Source of the DNA: Candidatus Micrarchaeota archaeon
GTDB lineage: Archaea; Micrarchaeota; Micrarchaeia; Anstonellales; Bilamarchaeaceae
Length of the DNA: 54,616 nt
Assembly: GCA_040754495.1 (NCBI GenBank)
Contig: JBFMCO010000041.1
Coordinates: forward strand, 1-54,616
Direction: 5' to 3'
The notes under the pieces were generated by a model. That model saw only the letters and a list, made by a program, of their open reading frames with translations, made no database searches and had not been told where the DNA came from. This document shows positions 54,133 through 54,616 of the stretch, one piece after another. How positions within the stretch are numbered: the first letter of the stretch is position 1; each line of letters starts with the position of its first letter. The translations under genes were made by a program, and so were the position numbers.

Positions 54133-54616
54133 ACATGTTATTAGGCCGTTAGTAACCGCAGGCTGAACAGCTCGGTTTCCCTAGCCGCTTACACCTCGGT
54201 CCTATCAAACGGATCTGCTATCCGTGGCATTTGCCCCCTCGTTTTAAGAGACGCTTCGACCTTAGATGCTTTCAGGTCTTATCGTCGTGGCGCGTGGCTG
54301 CCCGGCAATGCAATTCACAACCGGTCGACTAGAGGCGCCGCATCCCCGTTCCTCTCGTACTCAAGGATGCTTTCTCTCAAGAGGCAACACTCCCAGGAGA
54401 TACTACCGTACTGTCTCGCGACGTACTGAACCCAGCTCATGTGGGACTTTAATGGATGAACAACCCAACCCTTGGCCGCTCCTACACGGCCAGGATGTCC
54501 CAAGCCGACAGCGATGTACCAAACCGCGGGGTCGATGTGTACTCTCACCCGCGACGAGCCTGTTACCTCCAGGGTAGCTTGTCTGACAGCTTGAATCCTC
54601 ATCAAAGGGATTTCAA
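54133..54616 (-). rRNA. rrl: 23S rRNA, 3' part (domains V-VI), continuing beyond the window
   Basis: The minus strand contains TAACAGG, TGTCGGC, the A-loop TGTTC, GAGCTGGGTT, GAGACAG and the sarcin-ricin loop AGTACGAGAGGAAC. The 3' end is approximate. Confidence 0.98.

Noticed and set aside
54266-54605. ORFs 54266..54577 and 54315..54605
   Set aside because: They lie inside the 23S rRNA.

Overview
GC-rich archaeal chromosomal window, probably DPANN/Micrarchaeota-like; the lineage is an inference from gene content and the divergent 23S, and was not searched. Core genes include a complete A/V-type ATP synthase operon (H-I-K-E-C-F-A-B-D), rpl15e with a short Rpp30, alba, dph2, purC, ppsA, class II HMG-CoA reductase coupled to an AglH/MraY-type transferase, DUF47-PiT, a TauABC-like ABC transporter, DtxR-feoB with a visible operator, and the 3' ~480 nt of a 23S rRNA. 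The first ~700 bp is an AT-rich foreign-looking patch holding a HEPN-like gene broken by an in-frame TGA and the possible start of a transposase. The most unusual signals are: (1) two paralogous 44/47-aa micro-ORFs missed by the ORF track, each behind a copy of a 52-bp promoter/operator module and divergent from an AbrB-PhoU regulator; (2) a stand-alone six-repeat PPR protein whose code residues predict a G-run target; (3) a peptidoglycan-binding + M23 endopeptidase in an archaeon, next to HExxH, GIDE, LemA and caspase-like genes; (4) a myxobacterial-type membrane Ser/Thr kinase beside a lineage-specific HEAT-repeat family; (5) substitutions at normally conserved peptidyl-transferase-centre positions; (6) dispersed intergenic CYGGAAA heptamer arrays; (7) a His-rich tail on eL15. 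All calls are from manual reading; no database searches were run.
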